A stretch of DNA of 64,000 nt from Azolla caroliniana (taxonomy: Eukaryota; Plantae; Polypodiophyta). Position 1 is the first letter of the stretch. Every line of letters starts with the position of its first letter. The DNA lies in contig JBHGNT010000002.1 of the NCBI GenBank assembly GCA_043228905.1, positions 23,746,001 through 23,810,000 of the forward strand, in the 5' to 3' direction. Position numbers and translations under genes: made by a program. The notes beneath the pieces are model-generated. The model was given only the letters and a program-made list of their open reading frames with translations, made no database searches and was not told where the DNA came from. Positions 40,476-54,116 of the stretch are shown here, piece after piece.

Positions 40476-40863
40476 TGTAAAAAATAGCGTGCGGAAGCAG
40501 GTATGAAGACAGAACAGAGGAATGAAACTCAGGTTCAATGGAGAGCTTCGGCTTACACGGTATACGCGGGAGAGACAGAGAGAGAAACACAGAAAAAAAC
40601 TCTATTCAACAACAATACTCAGTCTGTACATAAGACGTGCTCAGTGAACAGTTTTATACAAGTCCTGGAAGGACTGACCGAAGTACTGACAGTACTTCAA
40701 TGCTCATTAAGAGCTCCTACACTAACTCCCAAATATATTCCTCACGGAATATCTTTCCTAACGACCTCCCGGTTTACGCACTCGGCCTAACCGATCGGTC
40801 CCAGCCGATCCGGTCCTCGGCTTCTTCAGCCGATCTGGCCGATGTTGAGCTTGTCTCTCAACA
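40476..40863 (-). repeat. copia 3' LTR
   Basis: Direct repeat of 45733-46120, preceded on the - strand by the PPT TTGAAGGGGAG. Confidence 0.95.
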
Positions 40864-43800
40864 CTCCCCTTCAAGCTCAACTCGGGGCTCTTCGGGATCC
40901 TCGAGCTCATGGCTTCGGTTCCTCCTGGCTTCACGCCTCGCTCGCGCTCCTCGACCCGTTCGACTCCGCGCGCTTCGACCCTTCCGGTCAGCTTGTCTGC
41001 TCATGCGGCCCTTATCAGCTCTTCTGCTGTTGCGGTGTTGACGCTTCTCCTGCTGCCTTTTCTTCCGCTTAGGCCTCGGTTGATTCAGCGTGTCTGAATC
41101 AAACATCCGAACCGACTCGGCTACCTTCGATCGGTTTTCGCTCTCGTCTGAGTTGGCTGTCTCCAACTCGTCTTTGGTCTTCTCGCCCTCGATGGCGTCA
41201 TCTCCCCTATGCGTGGTTGGCTTCGGCTCTCTCCTTTGGCTGCTCCCCTTCTGTCCACTTCCGAACTTTTCCGCGGGTCCGCCCTCGGCTTCTTCAGCCG
41301 ATCCGAAGTCGAACTTGTCAACCGACTCGATGTCGCGGTCTCCGCTCCTTTCCTGTTGCCTTGCTTGGTCGTTCGGGACTGTTCTCCCCCTCAAGTTCGG
41401 CACGTCAAGGTGACGCAATCCAAGCGCACCTGAGAATTGCCGCAACTTGTCCAGACCAAGAGGCTTGGTGAAGATGTCGGCAGCCTACTGATCCGTCGGA
41501 ACGTACTGAAGTTCGACTTCACCGGAAAGGACACGCTCACGGACGAAATGGTAGTGCACCTCAATGTGCTTGGTCCGAGCGTGGAAGACGGGGTTCTTCG
41601 CGAGTTGGATGCTGCTGAGGTTGTCGCAGTAGATCGTCGTTGGATCGGACACCTCCTCTTGCAGGTCCTTAAGTAGCCGCTTCAACCATAAGGCTTCGCA
41701 TGTTGCGACAGCCGCTCCTCGATACTCCGCTTCGGTGCTTGACAGTGCAACTGTCGGCTGCTTCTTACTGCTCCACGCGATCGCGGCACTCCCAAGGGAG
41801 AACGTGTATCCAGACGCGGATCGGTGATCGGCGGCGTTGCCAGCCCAATCAGCATCGGTGTAGCTGACTAGCTGCACGGCTGCACCGGTCCGATATAGCA
41901 GTCCTCGGTCCTTAGTGCCACTTATGTACCGCAGTACGCGTTGCGCACACTGAAGGTGCTCCTCGGTAGGTCGCGCCATGAACTGACTGATCACCCCGAC
42001 CGAGTAACTGAGGTCGGGTCGGGTGATGGTCAAGTATATGAGGCTTCCGACAATTTGTCGGAACCTCATCGGGTCACATACCTTTCCTGTATCGGGACGA
42101 AGCTTGACGGTTCTGTCCAGAGGAGTCGAGACGGTCTTACAGTCGGCCATCCCGAATTTGAAGAGCATACTCAGCACGTAGTGACGTTGGCTTATCAATA
42201 TGCCTTCGGGGGTACGGATCACTTCGATCCTGAGGAAGTAATGAAGGTCCCCCAGATCCTTCATGTCGAATGATGTCGCAAGCTGGAGCTTCACGCGGTC
42301 GATTTCACCTAGGCCGGCGCCGGTGATGACCAAGTCATCAACATATAGTAAAATACTAACTGGTCCAAGTCGACCTTTCCGGATGAACAGGGAAGAGTCC
42401 GATTTTGATGTGACGAAGCCCATCTGACGCAGTTGTTGCGTGATCTTCGCGTTCTAGGCACGCGGGGCTTGCTTCAGTCCGTAAAGGGACTTCTTCAATC
42501 GGCAGATTGCCGAGGTGTTCGTTCCGGAGTGAAATCTCGGGGGCTGTACCATGTACACCTGTTCCTCAAGGTCACCTTGCAGGAACGCATTCTTTACATC
42601 CATCTGATGTAAGTGCCACCCCTTGGCCGCGGCTACTGCGAGCAAAACACGGACGGTCGTCTCATCGTAGTCAATGCCGTGTTTTTGCGCGTAGCCCTTT
42701 GCCACTAGCCGAGCCTTGTACCTGTTGACCGAGCCATCGGTGTTGTGCTTGACCTTGTACACCCACCTACACCCGATTGGTTTTACCCCTCTCGGTGCGT
42801 CAACCAGGTCCCAGGTCTTGTTCTCCGCCAATGCGTGCATCTCTTCCTCCATCGTGGCACGCCAATTCGCGTCCTTCGCCGCTTTTGCGTAGCTCTCCGG
42901 CTCACGCACTTCCGCTACACAGGTCATGTACGCATAATGATGCGCCATGTACTCGTTGTATCCGAACCGCAAAACAGGATTCTTCTGGCGGGTAGATCGG
43001 CGTAATCTCACATCAGCCGATGTCGAGGCCTTCTCGGTCGACGCGGTCTTCATCTTTAAAGACCTGTCACCGGTTCCCTCGGAGTCGGACTCGCGTCTGT
43101 CTAACTCGTTCCTTTCCGTGCCGGAATCCGACACCTTCTTCTTCCCTTTCTCTTTGCGTGTAAGCCATCTCCTCGGCTTCCTGCGCGGGGAATGCACGGC
43201 CGAGTCTCCACTACTCGCCGGCTCTTCGTCGGACTGGTCATACCGACTCAGTCGTCCAATTGGTCCACTTAACCGGAGTGAAATCAGACTCTCTTCGCGG
43301 GTCTTGATTTCGGGCTCATCCGGAGGCATCTCGGCCTCGCTGACCTCATCGTCAGAGCTCGGATTGGAGTTGGGGTTCCGAGTCGGGGACAGGTACCAGG
43401 ACGCGGACTCGTCAAACACAACGTCGCGACTGACACGCGCTTGTTTGGTGCGAGGGTTATAGCACTTATAACCCTTCTGCTCGTTTGAGTAACCGACCAA
43501 GATGCATTTCTCGGCCTTTGCGTCCAGCTTCCTCCTTTTCTCCTTCGGTATATGCACATACGCAATGCTACCGAACACCCTGAAGTGTCGCAAGTTCGGC
43601 TTCGTTCCGAAATATAGCTCGTGCGCCGACACTTTGTCTCCGATCCGGTTCTGGATGTATACCGCGGTCCTTATCGCCTCGGCCCAGTAGAACTTGGGCA
43701 AGCTCTTCTCCTCCAACATTGCCCGTGCCGCTTCCACAATCAACCGATTCTTCCTCTCGGCCACGCCGTTATGCTCCGGCGTGTATCTACAACTGAATTC

Positions 43801-45648
43801 GCACCGAATTCCCATTTGTTGTAGATAACCGTTGAATTGACCGGAAAAGTACTCTTTCCCGCCATCCGACCGCAGGCACTTGATCTTTCGTCCCGTTTCC
43901 GTTTCCATGAACCCTTTGAGGTCCCGGAAACAGTCGAAGACTTCGCTCTTCCTCTCAATGAGGTAGATCCACGTGTGCCGCGTGTGGTCGTTGATGAAGG
44001 AGACGAAATATCGGCTCCCGCCAAGGCTAACGTTTTGTGCCAGCCCCCACACATCCGAGTGTATAAGGTCGAGCTTGTTCCGGCTCCGGTTTCGCTTGTT
44101 GGAGAAAGGAAGTCGGTGTTGTTTCCCGAGCTGGCAGGCTTCACAAATTTGTGCCTTGCGGCCACTAAACTTGGGCAATCCGAACACTACCTGTTTCGAT
44201 TGCAAATCTTGAAGCCGCTGGTAGTTGACGTGGCCTATCCGCTTGTGCCACAAGTCGATGTCCGACTCGGCTTTTTGTCCCTTTGCGAACATTGCGGTGC
44301 CGCCGTCAGTGGAATCGAGGATGAACATCCTCCCGTCTTTGCGCCCTTGCGCAATCACACGGCCTTCTTCCTCAATGAAGCACCCGAGGTGTGTAAACCG
44401 AACCTCCATCCCTTGGTCGACGATCTGTCCGACCGAGACCAAGTTTTTCGTGATTGTCGGAACGTGCAACACGTTCATGAGTTTCCCTTTCTGCCCGACA
44501 TGGCTAAGGGGAACTTCTCCGACATTCGCGATCGGATGCAGAGTGTCGTCTCCTGTTGCGACTACTCCAAATTGTATCGGTTTTTCAAGGTACGAGAACC
44601 ACTCCTTATGGCTCGTCATGTGGTTTGACGCGCCGGAGTCTACGTACCACACCTCGTCCGATCTCGGAGTGCTCTGTTTCACTGAGTTTGCTTCGTGTCT
44701 CGTCACGAAGGCAGTCCCTTCTCCGGCTCTCCCGGAGTCTTCGACGTAGTGCGATCGCTGCCAATTTCCCTTGTCGGTATGTCTGGAGCCGTTCCCGGAA
44801 CCAGTTCTCTCCGAATCGGCGCGCTTCTTCCAGCACTCACTTTCCCTGTGGCCTTTCTTGCCACAGTACCAACACTCCGCGATGGACTTCCCTTGCCGGT
44901 TCTCATCGCTTCGACTCCCCCTATTTCCGGAGGGTCCGGAGTTGTTGTCGGCATCACTTCGGTGCCTTCTTCCTTGATCTCGTCGGCCGCCTTCATTGCG
45001 CCCCGACTCGCCTCGTCCTCCACGTCCACGAGGCCTATCTCCCTCCGTGTACAACATTCTGTTGTCGGCGTGCGTGCTTGTAGACGCACCCGCGTGGTTC
45101 TCCTCTACTAGGAGCATCGACTGTAAGTCGAAAAAGGACGACGTATTCTCCCGGGTACACACAGCCGTTCGGAACGCTCCGAACTTCGACGCCAAACCTC
45201 CGAGACCGATCTGGACCATCTCGCTCTCCTCGATGTTCACCTCTATGGAGGCGAGGGAGTCGCAGATATCCTTGATCTTCGAGGTATAGTCTGCCACCGA
45301 CAAATCGTGTTGTCGTAGGTTACTCAACTCCTGTCGGAGCTGAAGCTTCTTGGCTGTGGTGCTCGCGGCGAAAATCTTTTTCTGATTTTCCCACGCACCC
45401 TTCGGCGTCTTTGCATCCCGAACATAGCTTAATAGTTGTTCGCCTACACACGACGCGAAGCAGTACAATACCCTGCTCGCCGATTGCTCCCACAACAGGA
45501 AGTCTCTGTGTGTCGATTCGGGTGCCGCGTCATTAGCTCCTTCGACATAACTCCAGTAGCCGTGCCCGAGCAGGTACTAGTGCATCTTGTAGGACCAAGA
45601 AGCGTAGTTGGTTCTGTCGAGCTTCTCTGTTGGAAGTGAGCTCGCCAT
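40858..45648 (-). pseudogene. copia Gag-Pol polyprotein, single frame with three premature TAG stops
   Basis: [14 protein letters not shown] knuckle, [10 protein letters not shown] protease, HHCC and LRSDGGKEY integrase, YVDD RT, DADW/ADIFTK RNase H. In-frame TAGs at 45577, 42454 and 41485. Confidence 0.93.
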
Positions 45649-45732
45649 GCCTCTATCTAGCGTTCTTCTTGTTCTTCTTCGTTAAGCTGTGTCGGCTGCA
45701 GAGAGGTTCTCAACCCTCGCGCTCTGATACCA

Positions 45733-46120
45733 TGTAAAAAATAGCGTGTGGAAGCAGGTATGAAGACAGAACAGAGGAAGGAAACTCAAGTTCAATGGAG
45801 AGCTTCGGCTTACACGGTATACGCGGGAGAGACAGAGAGAGAAAAACATAAAAAAACTCTATTTAACAATAATACTCAGTTTGTACATAAGACGTGCTCA
45901 GTGAACACTTTTATACAAGTCCTGGAAGGACTGACCGAAGTACTGACAGTACTTCAATGCTCATTAAGAGCTCCTACACTAACTCCCAAATATATTCCTC
46001 ACGGAATATCTTTCCTAACGACCTCCCGGTTTACGCACTCGGCCTAACCGATCGGTCCCAGCCGATCCGGTCCTCGGCTTCTTCAGCCGATCTGGCCGAT
46101 GTTGAGCTTGCCTCTCAACA
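45733..46120 (-). repeat. copia 5' LTR
   Basis: Followed on the - strand by the PBS TGGTATCAGAGC. Confidence 0.95.
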
Positions 46121-49100
46121 TATCTTACAATTTCACATATATGTCTCTAGCTAGACTTTCCATACACATCACTTACATTCCATAGCCCACATGTCTGTTC
46201 TCTATGTATCTCATCTCATTCATGCCCCTTTTTCAACTAATGGGAGGGGGAACAACCATCTGGGTACTACGTACTACCATCGTATATCCATTCCATTTTC
46301 TACAACCATCGGTGTAGTACACCAACATTTTCAGAAATTCAGCCTCGTTAGTTCTGAAACATCGTTTGTTCCATCAATCCGCTCATATTGTGATCTCAAT
46401 GTGGTTATTAATGTGGGCCATATTAGATTAATAGATTCTGTTGGAGGCCGCTTGTTTGCTGAAAATACCCAGGAACATCTTGCTATCCATATGCATCATA
46501 CGATAATGGGTGCAAGCAACATCCATAGATCTCCAAATTTATGCTTCTGTGCACTAACTGCAGGTACCCTGTTATCAATGATCAATCAAATAGTTCCATT
46601 TTCCCCTCTATACATTGCTTTTCATGTGCTATCATATTTCTCCACATCATCATCAAGACAGTTCCAACAAGCATGTCCCCATTTGAGGGTAAATGAGCTA
46701 GAGGCATGACATAACAATCGTCATGCCCTTCCCATATAGCCATTGCCTCTCAACATTCCCATAGACAATGGGAAATGATTTCTATATATCCACATGCACT
46801 ACATCTAGGGTCTACATTGGGGCCTTTACCCCACGTCCCTACCGGCAAGGCTCTATGGGCAATAAGCCATAAACACATAAGTATCTTGCTCTCCCCACTG
46901 TCATGCCATATCATTTTCTAGAATTTACCTAATCTCCTTTCACTAATGCCCTCTTGTATCCAATATTTATGTGCTACAATATCGCCGTGGTCTTGTTCTA
47001 GAATAACTTGCCTCCCGATTTTCATGTTGTACCTGAAAAATTGAACTAACTTGGTGCCCTCAATTCGTCCTTGAGTTCTCTAGAAATACATCGATGGGTC
47101 CCATGATAGTTAATCTAAATGCCCTTCTATCAGCCAACACATTGTCTTTAGTGTGATCTCACTCGGCTTGGGGTCAATCAACATATCCTTTCCATTTTTT
47201 GCAATCAACCTAATCGGCCTTTCAGTTTGATATGCTAGTTGCTCACATATTGCCATTCCATGCTCTATTTTGTATTATCATGCCTCATTAGGTCCTACTT
47301 TCATTCCCTTAATTCCAATTAGATAATTTCCAGCATGTATAAGTCTAGTCATTCAATTTCGGAGGTAATTATATCTTCATCTTCCAAACCCACATAATTA
47401 GATAGAAATCTCTTCTAGTCCACTAACACGTTCCCTTGGGCATTGATTAAGTTGGCCCATTTGAAGCCTGCTTTTTGTCCTAACATCAGCCCATCTACAT
47501 CTTTGATCAATGGGTTCCACATAATTGGCATGTACATCTGAGCATATGCATCATTTTTCCATCGACAAATGATTCCTTTTCTGATTCCTTATCGTTTCGT
47601 CATAATTCCAACATCACATATACTTTGCGTACATCCCCAATATTTGGGTCACATTTCTAGCACAAAAACCCAAAAGGGTTGCTTGGCCAACTTCCACCTT
47701 ATCTCGGCATCCACATCTTCCATCTGTCTCCAAAGAATTTTCCAAGGTGTCTTAGGTGGTTGCAAGCTCATAATCACCAATTTGCCTAGCAAGGCCTTCG
47801 TTTACACCACGGGATCCACTAGTCCCACCCTGCCTTCACTTTTTTCTTTTATAAGTGTGGTCTAGGCAACCTTTGCACGAGCATGTTTTTCCTCAGTGAC
47901 CCCCCATAAGAAATTTCTGATAAGCCTTTTTATCAATTTCATTGATTTGGGCACGATTATCTAGCATGCAACAGAATCTGATTTGCAATCACAATCTTGC
48001 CTACAAAGGATAGTTTTCTTGCATTCCACCATATTCGCTTCACTTTTATTTTGTCAACGAGTAGATTGTAGTGTTCTTATCGATCAATGTCCATACCGAT
48101 TTTGAAACCCAAGTATCTAGTAGTTTCTCCTCTCCTCAACCATCTAAAATTGGGGTCTGGAGCCCAATTTAACACAGGCTTATTAGTAATCCAAATGCCC
48201 ACAGATTTATTCTAGTTTATTTTAGCACCCGAGCCCCTGCAAAACTCATAGCAATGTGCAGAGGAATGATTTATTTAATACCCAAGGATGGAAAAGACCT
48301 GACAATACTTGACAATTGGTGACCATTGACGATTCTCACCAATGCCTATAAGATAATGGCTAAAGTTGTAAGTAGTCGATTGAAAATGGTACTAGGGGAC
48401 ATTATACATACAACGCAAACTAGCTTCTTGGAAAACCGGAGCATTGTTGACAATGTGATAAATTTCTGGGAGTATTCAACATGGCGAAGGAGCAAGAAGT
48501 GAACCTGGTAGTAATGCTACTCAACTTCGAAAAAACATATGACAGGATCTCATGGGAAATCGTAGAAGTAGTGATGGAGGCTGTAGGCTTTGACCAACAA
48601 TGGATCCTTGGAACGTCTGCCTTTTATAGGGATGCATCCAACCAAGTTTTAATGGTTGGAAGCATGGGGAAGAGCTTTAAGATGTCACAATCAATATGCC
48701 AAGGATGCCCATTGGCTCTGTACCTATTCATTATTGCAACAGAAGCTTTGCATTATCAAATTGTTGATAGATCTTGGCAAATGCAAGGCCTTCCCCTACC
48801 CGATGATGCAGGAATGCTGCTTGATATAGAATATGCTGATGATACAACAACTTACGTTAAGAGTGATGCAAACAACTTGGACAGTTATGTGTTGCTTTTG
48901 TTTTTCTGTTGACAAAACGATACGCCTTGGTATTATAAAATCACAAGAAATACAAAAGTTGTGTTGGATAAATAAATATACCAACCGATTCCCTTGTACT
49001 CACATCATGGCCGATCTTATTCTTCTCACTTATTCTTCTAATAATCAATTCAACCAAATTTCCAATCTATAGAATTATGACACTCGTCAACAAACCATAT

Positions 49101-52100
49101 GGATATCCTTACTAGATGTGAAATTTCTCAAAAGTTAAATTAGAATCCAAACTGCCTTTCATGTACCAAAGCTTGAATCTAGAGCCTTTCCCCATTTTGC
49201 CAACCTTACTTTGCTAGTCTATTTTAATACAGTCTCGACATAAGTTGAATTAGTTTATCATAATGAAAATAGAATTTTTTTCCAATTAGGCTCATCTTCA
49301 CTATGATGATGTCAAGTTTAGACATACTAAAGACTACTTGTTTATGTAGAAAAGTTTATTGTAGTTGTCGACTGCCTAATCATTTTATTGATTGAAAAAC
49401 ATGAAATTAATCCAAAGTTTCTCTTCATTATGAGCATGTCTTCAAATTTTCCAGTTTCTACATGGATGATGTTAATAACATATGTGAGCTATTGAACAAT
49501 AAGGTAAGGTAATCAAGGTAGTATACAACGGACAAGATATGATTTACATATTCTAACATTCAAGAGTGAAGGTTGGTTGATGTAGCCCACCAAGGGATCT
49601 TGAGCTTGTAGCCTAAGGTGTGGAGGACAACATTTGGAAAAGAAAAATGTCCTTTAATCTAGCCTTAATAAAAAATATGAAATGCAATGAGAAAAGCAAT
49701 TTCAATATGAAACATAGAGTAAATTTGGTTTCTTATGTTCAAGGTAAGAGATTCGTTTGACATTAAAATTAATGTGAAATTGTTGTAAATTGGATTTAAT
49801 ATCCATGTAATTTCGTAAACTTGATTTACTTATAACTAGCCTTCTTGTTATCATCTCCCTTTTCCCTAATGTCTCTTTTATCGCCCTCAGACTTCTTTAC
49901 GTGAAATCTCTCATTGATTGTCTTTTCTTATTGCATAGTTATTTAGGTTAATAAAATAATTCCCCAATTTATTAGGGGAGTGAAGATTCTCTCCTTTATA
50001 ATGTTTTAAATGGACTTTGCCAATACTAGAATGAGAATGGCACTGTAACCAAAGTCTACTAGGTGGAAATGGTCAATTCATTTGTTTGGCGTTCGCACAA
50101 TAGCTACCAAACATATCCTCAATTACTAGATTAACTCTTCTCATCGATAACTCAATCTTTATTTATTGGAAAAGGAGTTTCAAAGAATTGGAGGCGAGTT
50201 TGCATCATTATCAAAAAACAATGTTCTTGGTAAGTTATGCCATTGAACTATCTCTAATACAAATAAGACTTGCAACAATTCATGAGGGCGACAGTTTAGT
50301 GGGTTTAGAATAATTACATGCCTCCATTCAAAGTACAAGCAATGGCCTACAACTATAGGCAAAGAACAAATATCACGGAAGCTAACTATCACATGTTTCA
50401 AACCCATGTAATGCCTTCTTTCATAATTTCATGTACTTGGGCAATTGTTACGCATTCAGGTATGGGGGACATGTGATCGTGCACAATAGTCTTTTCTACT
50501 ATAAAAATCCAAATGTCAGATAACTCTTACATATTTAGCACACCTTCCAATCACTTCCATAATCCAAATGTGGGATGTTCTTCGTAGCTATCAAATTGTT
50601 GATATCCCTGTTGAAAAATTTGTTTGACGTCACTATTTGGCAACTAGCCCTACTTATCCTGAAATTGTGTCCCATTGTTTTGATTATAGTGTTTCAACAA
50701 ATTTACATAATTGATCTATTTACAAACAATCCACTAAAAGTCCAAGGCATGCAAATAGATAGGGAGAGAAAAAGAGAGTAGAGATTTGAACTTGAGTGTG
50801 CCAGGGGTATATATAGGAGAGAGAAGATAGCATATTTCTCTCATAAAGGTATGAGGAGTAAGAAAACTCTAGGAACACAACCATATGTTATATTTAAACA
50901 TGAAAGTAACCGAGAAGGTGTGCATGGTAGCGTCAAAGTATGTACACATACACATAAATACATAGGATCCATGGTATGGATATATGGCCTTCGACTTTGA
51001 TGTGACTTCCACAATGACAATATAGTTTAAAAATTACCAATTAAATTATCTTAAACAAAGTGGCATATGCAAAAACATGGGGAGAGATTTAAACTTCATT
51101 GCATGGTATACATAGAGAGAAAAGATATAAAAACTGTGATTATATGGATATGGGATTATCAATAAAGTAAATTATATATCGAGAAGTTTAACAAATATAC
51201 ACCTACATATCTTTGAGTGAAATGATGAAATTATCGAGGACAAACATTTGTCTTCACTTGTATATAGAAGCCCAACATTATGTTGATGTATTTGAATTTG
51301 AGAAAAGAGATCGTGAAGTAGGTGTAATTACTAAAAAAATATCAATGCTCCCTCTTTCTAACGAATTTGCCCCCATTGTAATCGTGTGAAAGATAAATTG
51401 AATTTTGTCACTCCTACAATGCATGGGAAATGAGAAAGATTTGCCCAATCTCAACCACATGGTGGAACAAACAAAGAGAAATACTTAGACATGATGAACA
51501 TATCATCATGGGAATGATTCTACAACTTGAAGCATTTGTATGCATAGAAAAAGAAAAAACTTGCAAGGAGACCAATGTATTAGACTAGAGAGAGACAACA
51601 CAAGTTACCTATTATTTTGAAACATGTTACTCTCTTTCCCAATGATTTAGACATTACTTATCATCGTGTTGTTTACTTTATTGACAATCACAAAAGTTAG
51701 TAAGTTCACGATGTTGTTTGTCATCTCTTATTCGATCAACAATCTTATGGGTGAAATGGTTCATCTCTTACTTCACTTTAATTTCTAAACCCATGTTTAA
51801 CTAGATTTGATATCGTCGTGAAACAAGAATACGAATTTGAATTGACAGTAACATGACATTATATTGTAAGAAATATGTGTTACAACACAAATTACAACAC
51901 AAAGCTCCATTTCATATTTTTAAGAAACTAGAGAATTAATAGGGCCCTTAAGAATCTATGTATTAGTCATGAAGACTAAGAGTCTTGGAATGTAGCAGTT
52001 TTACATGTTTCTACGAAATACTATTTACTAATCTTTCAATTTGCTTTCATGCATGTAATAATAATACTAAAGTTATGAGGCCCAATGCTATAAATATTTA

Positions 52101-53589
52101 TATCAAAATTAGAAAAAGGTGACACCATTTTTACTTCCTTTGTAAATAATTCCAACTTTTGTCACAGTTGTATGTTGGTAAAATCAATAATCTTAGATGC
52201 TTTTACATGTATCGTAAAACAATGTCAATTTATTGATATACTTTTATGACCAATAACGACGTGGTCCATGTCGAACAAAGCATCATGGAAGACTTGTGCT
52301 AAGCCATCAAATATGTCAAAGTAAATATGAAAACCCTCACTCACAATGTGCACAGGAAGTATAATCAATGTGATGACCTTTCAAAACCAAGGAGAGTGGA
52401 GAAGTTTTAATGGCCAAGCATTATTCAATCACTTGTATAAAACAACTTCTCTGCTACCTCTCTTTTGTAAATTTATGATACTTCCCCATAATTCTATTTT
52501 TTCAATCGTTACTTCCTCATACAAACTTGGTTTTGTGACAAAGGTGGTGAACAAACACAAAGGTGTTTTGAAACGAATTTTGAGAGCATTTTGATGGCAA
52601 CATTACCAAATCTTTGTGTTTGTTTACTATTTGGTTTGGTGATTTACTAGAATGTTTGAAATAATGGTTGATGGTTGAAGCCAATTCTTTGGAAATTTAT
52701 GTAGACGTGGTGGTGCGTAAAAAGACATATATGACTTGAAGTTACGACTAAATGTGTGGAAGAGATGTTTGATAAGAAACATGCTAGTAAAGTCAAGCAA
52801 TGTAGCCATTCTTCTCTAAGTAAGAAAAGGTACTCTCATGTGGTGTCGTAGTGTCATGAAGGAAGATAGAGTTCTCCAGAGGAGCCCGGCATGTTACTTC
52901 TCCTTCATCCAATCTAGCATTTCTAGCTACACGATGAGTATAAGATACTAGAGACGGATGTAACGTAACACACAATAACACACAGTAACACACACATTCG
53001 ATCATCGGCTCTAATACTAGTGGAGATGCCATGCTATGCTCATGAGGGAGGGGTGGACAATAATGGGAAGGGGCTCGCCCAAACCGATGGGTTTGGCATC
53101 GGTTTGGGTCTTTTTTGTTTGTATTGAAAACGTAAGATACATAATTTGGTCTTATTATTTATATATGCTAACAACGTAAATGAAGTCATTAGATTCATTC
53201 ATGCACAACAAACAAACCAAATAAACAACAGACATAAATACGAGAAATAAATACATATATACAGTAAATAAATAAACAAACAAACAAACAAATAAATAAA
53301 ATTGCGTTTTTTTATATTTATCGACCGATCGCCTCCCACGATGGATGGGCCCGAAAATTAGTAAAATAATTAGTAAACTTTATTATATACTCATTTTTTT
53401 AAAAATTGTTAAGTTTTTGTTTCTCTCTAATTATTATTTATCTTATCATTTTATTTAGCTTTCTATTCTCGGCTCATTTTGTTTTTTTTTTCTCTGTTGT
53501 TTATTTATTTTATTTACTAATAACACATTTTTTTTTTTGTTTTCAGATTTTATTTATAATTCCTTGTCTGATTGCTCGCCTTCTCGACT

Positions 53590-53599
53590 CATAAATAAA

Positions 53600-53692
<93 letters not shown>

Positions 53693-53712
53693 ATATTTAT
53701 TTATTTATTTAT
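53590..53712. repeat. (TAAA)n microsatellite with inverted (TTTA)n end
   Basis: About 25 TAAA units followed by TATTTATTTATTT. Confidence 0.95.
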
Positions 53713-54116
53713 TAAAACCAAAACATACGTAAATAAATAAATGACAGGCCTAACGTCATCGCAAAAAACCTTCACAATATGTAGTATATATAAATTACCC
53801 AAATCATCTAAAAAACCTTCCTACGCATCATTCTTTGACCCCATTTAATGGACATAAATCATTACCGCAGGGCCCATTAATCAGAATTAGCATGTGATTA
53901 GCTGCCTTAATGATCTTTAGCTACCTGTAATGATCTTTAGCTGCCTTAATGATCTTTTTCATGCCAATCTTACCTACCTAGATAGTATTATATACCCACC
54001 CGCATTCCCCCCCCCCCCCAGTTTTACCTCAAAAAGCACTTAATTAACTTAATTAGCCCTTAGTAATCTGCAGGATTAGAGATAATAGGGGGCAGTGGAC
54101 TAAAGCAGAAGCAGAA

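Larger units (their letters stand above)
40476..46120 (-). mobile_element. Full-length Ty1/copia LTR retrotransposon
   Basis: TG..CA LTRs at 40476-40863 and 45733-46120 (388 bp, about 10 substitutions by eye). TSD TATCT (40471-40475, 46121-46125), PBS TGGTATCAGAGC (tRNA-iMet) at 45721-45732, PPT at 40864-40875. Domain order gag-PR-INT-RT-RH. Confidence 0.98.
40291..48885 (-). mobile_element. L1-like LINE (family A relative) with inverted 5' RT segment, interrupted by copia
   Basis: Tail at 40291-40470 and body at 46126-48255 on the - strand (FCRGSGAKIN, YLGF, zf-RVT, PRWLFP). RT domains (LIPK..W.PLT..YADDT) lie on the + strand at 48265-48885. Flanking repeat TATGTGTTG at 40277-40285 and 48886-48894. 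Confidence 0.8.

Noticed and set aside
40503-45640. Numerous + strand ORFs over the copia element
   Set aside because: They are antisense shadows of a GC-rich coding region or LTR and carry no independent motifs.
52300-53050. Degenerate PBS-like GCTCTAATACTA and possible LTR-element relic
   Set aside because: No paired LTR or clear domain found. Too decayed to call.
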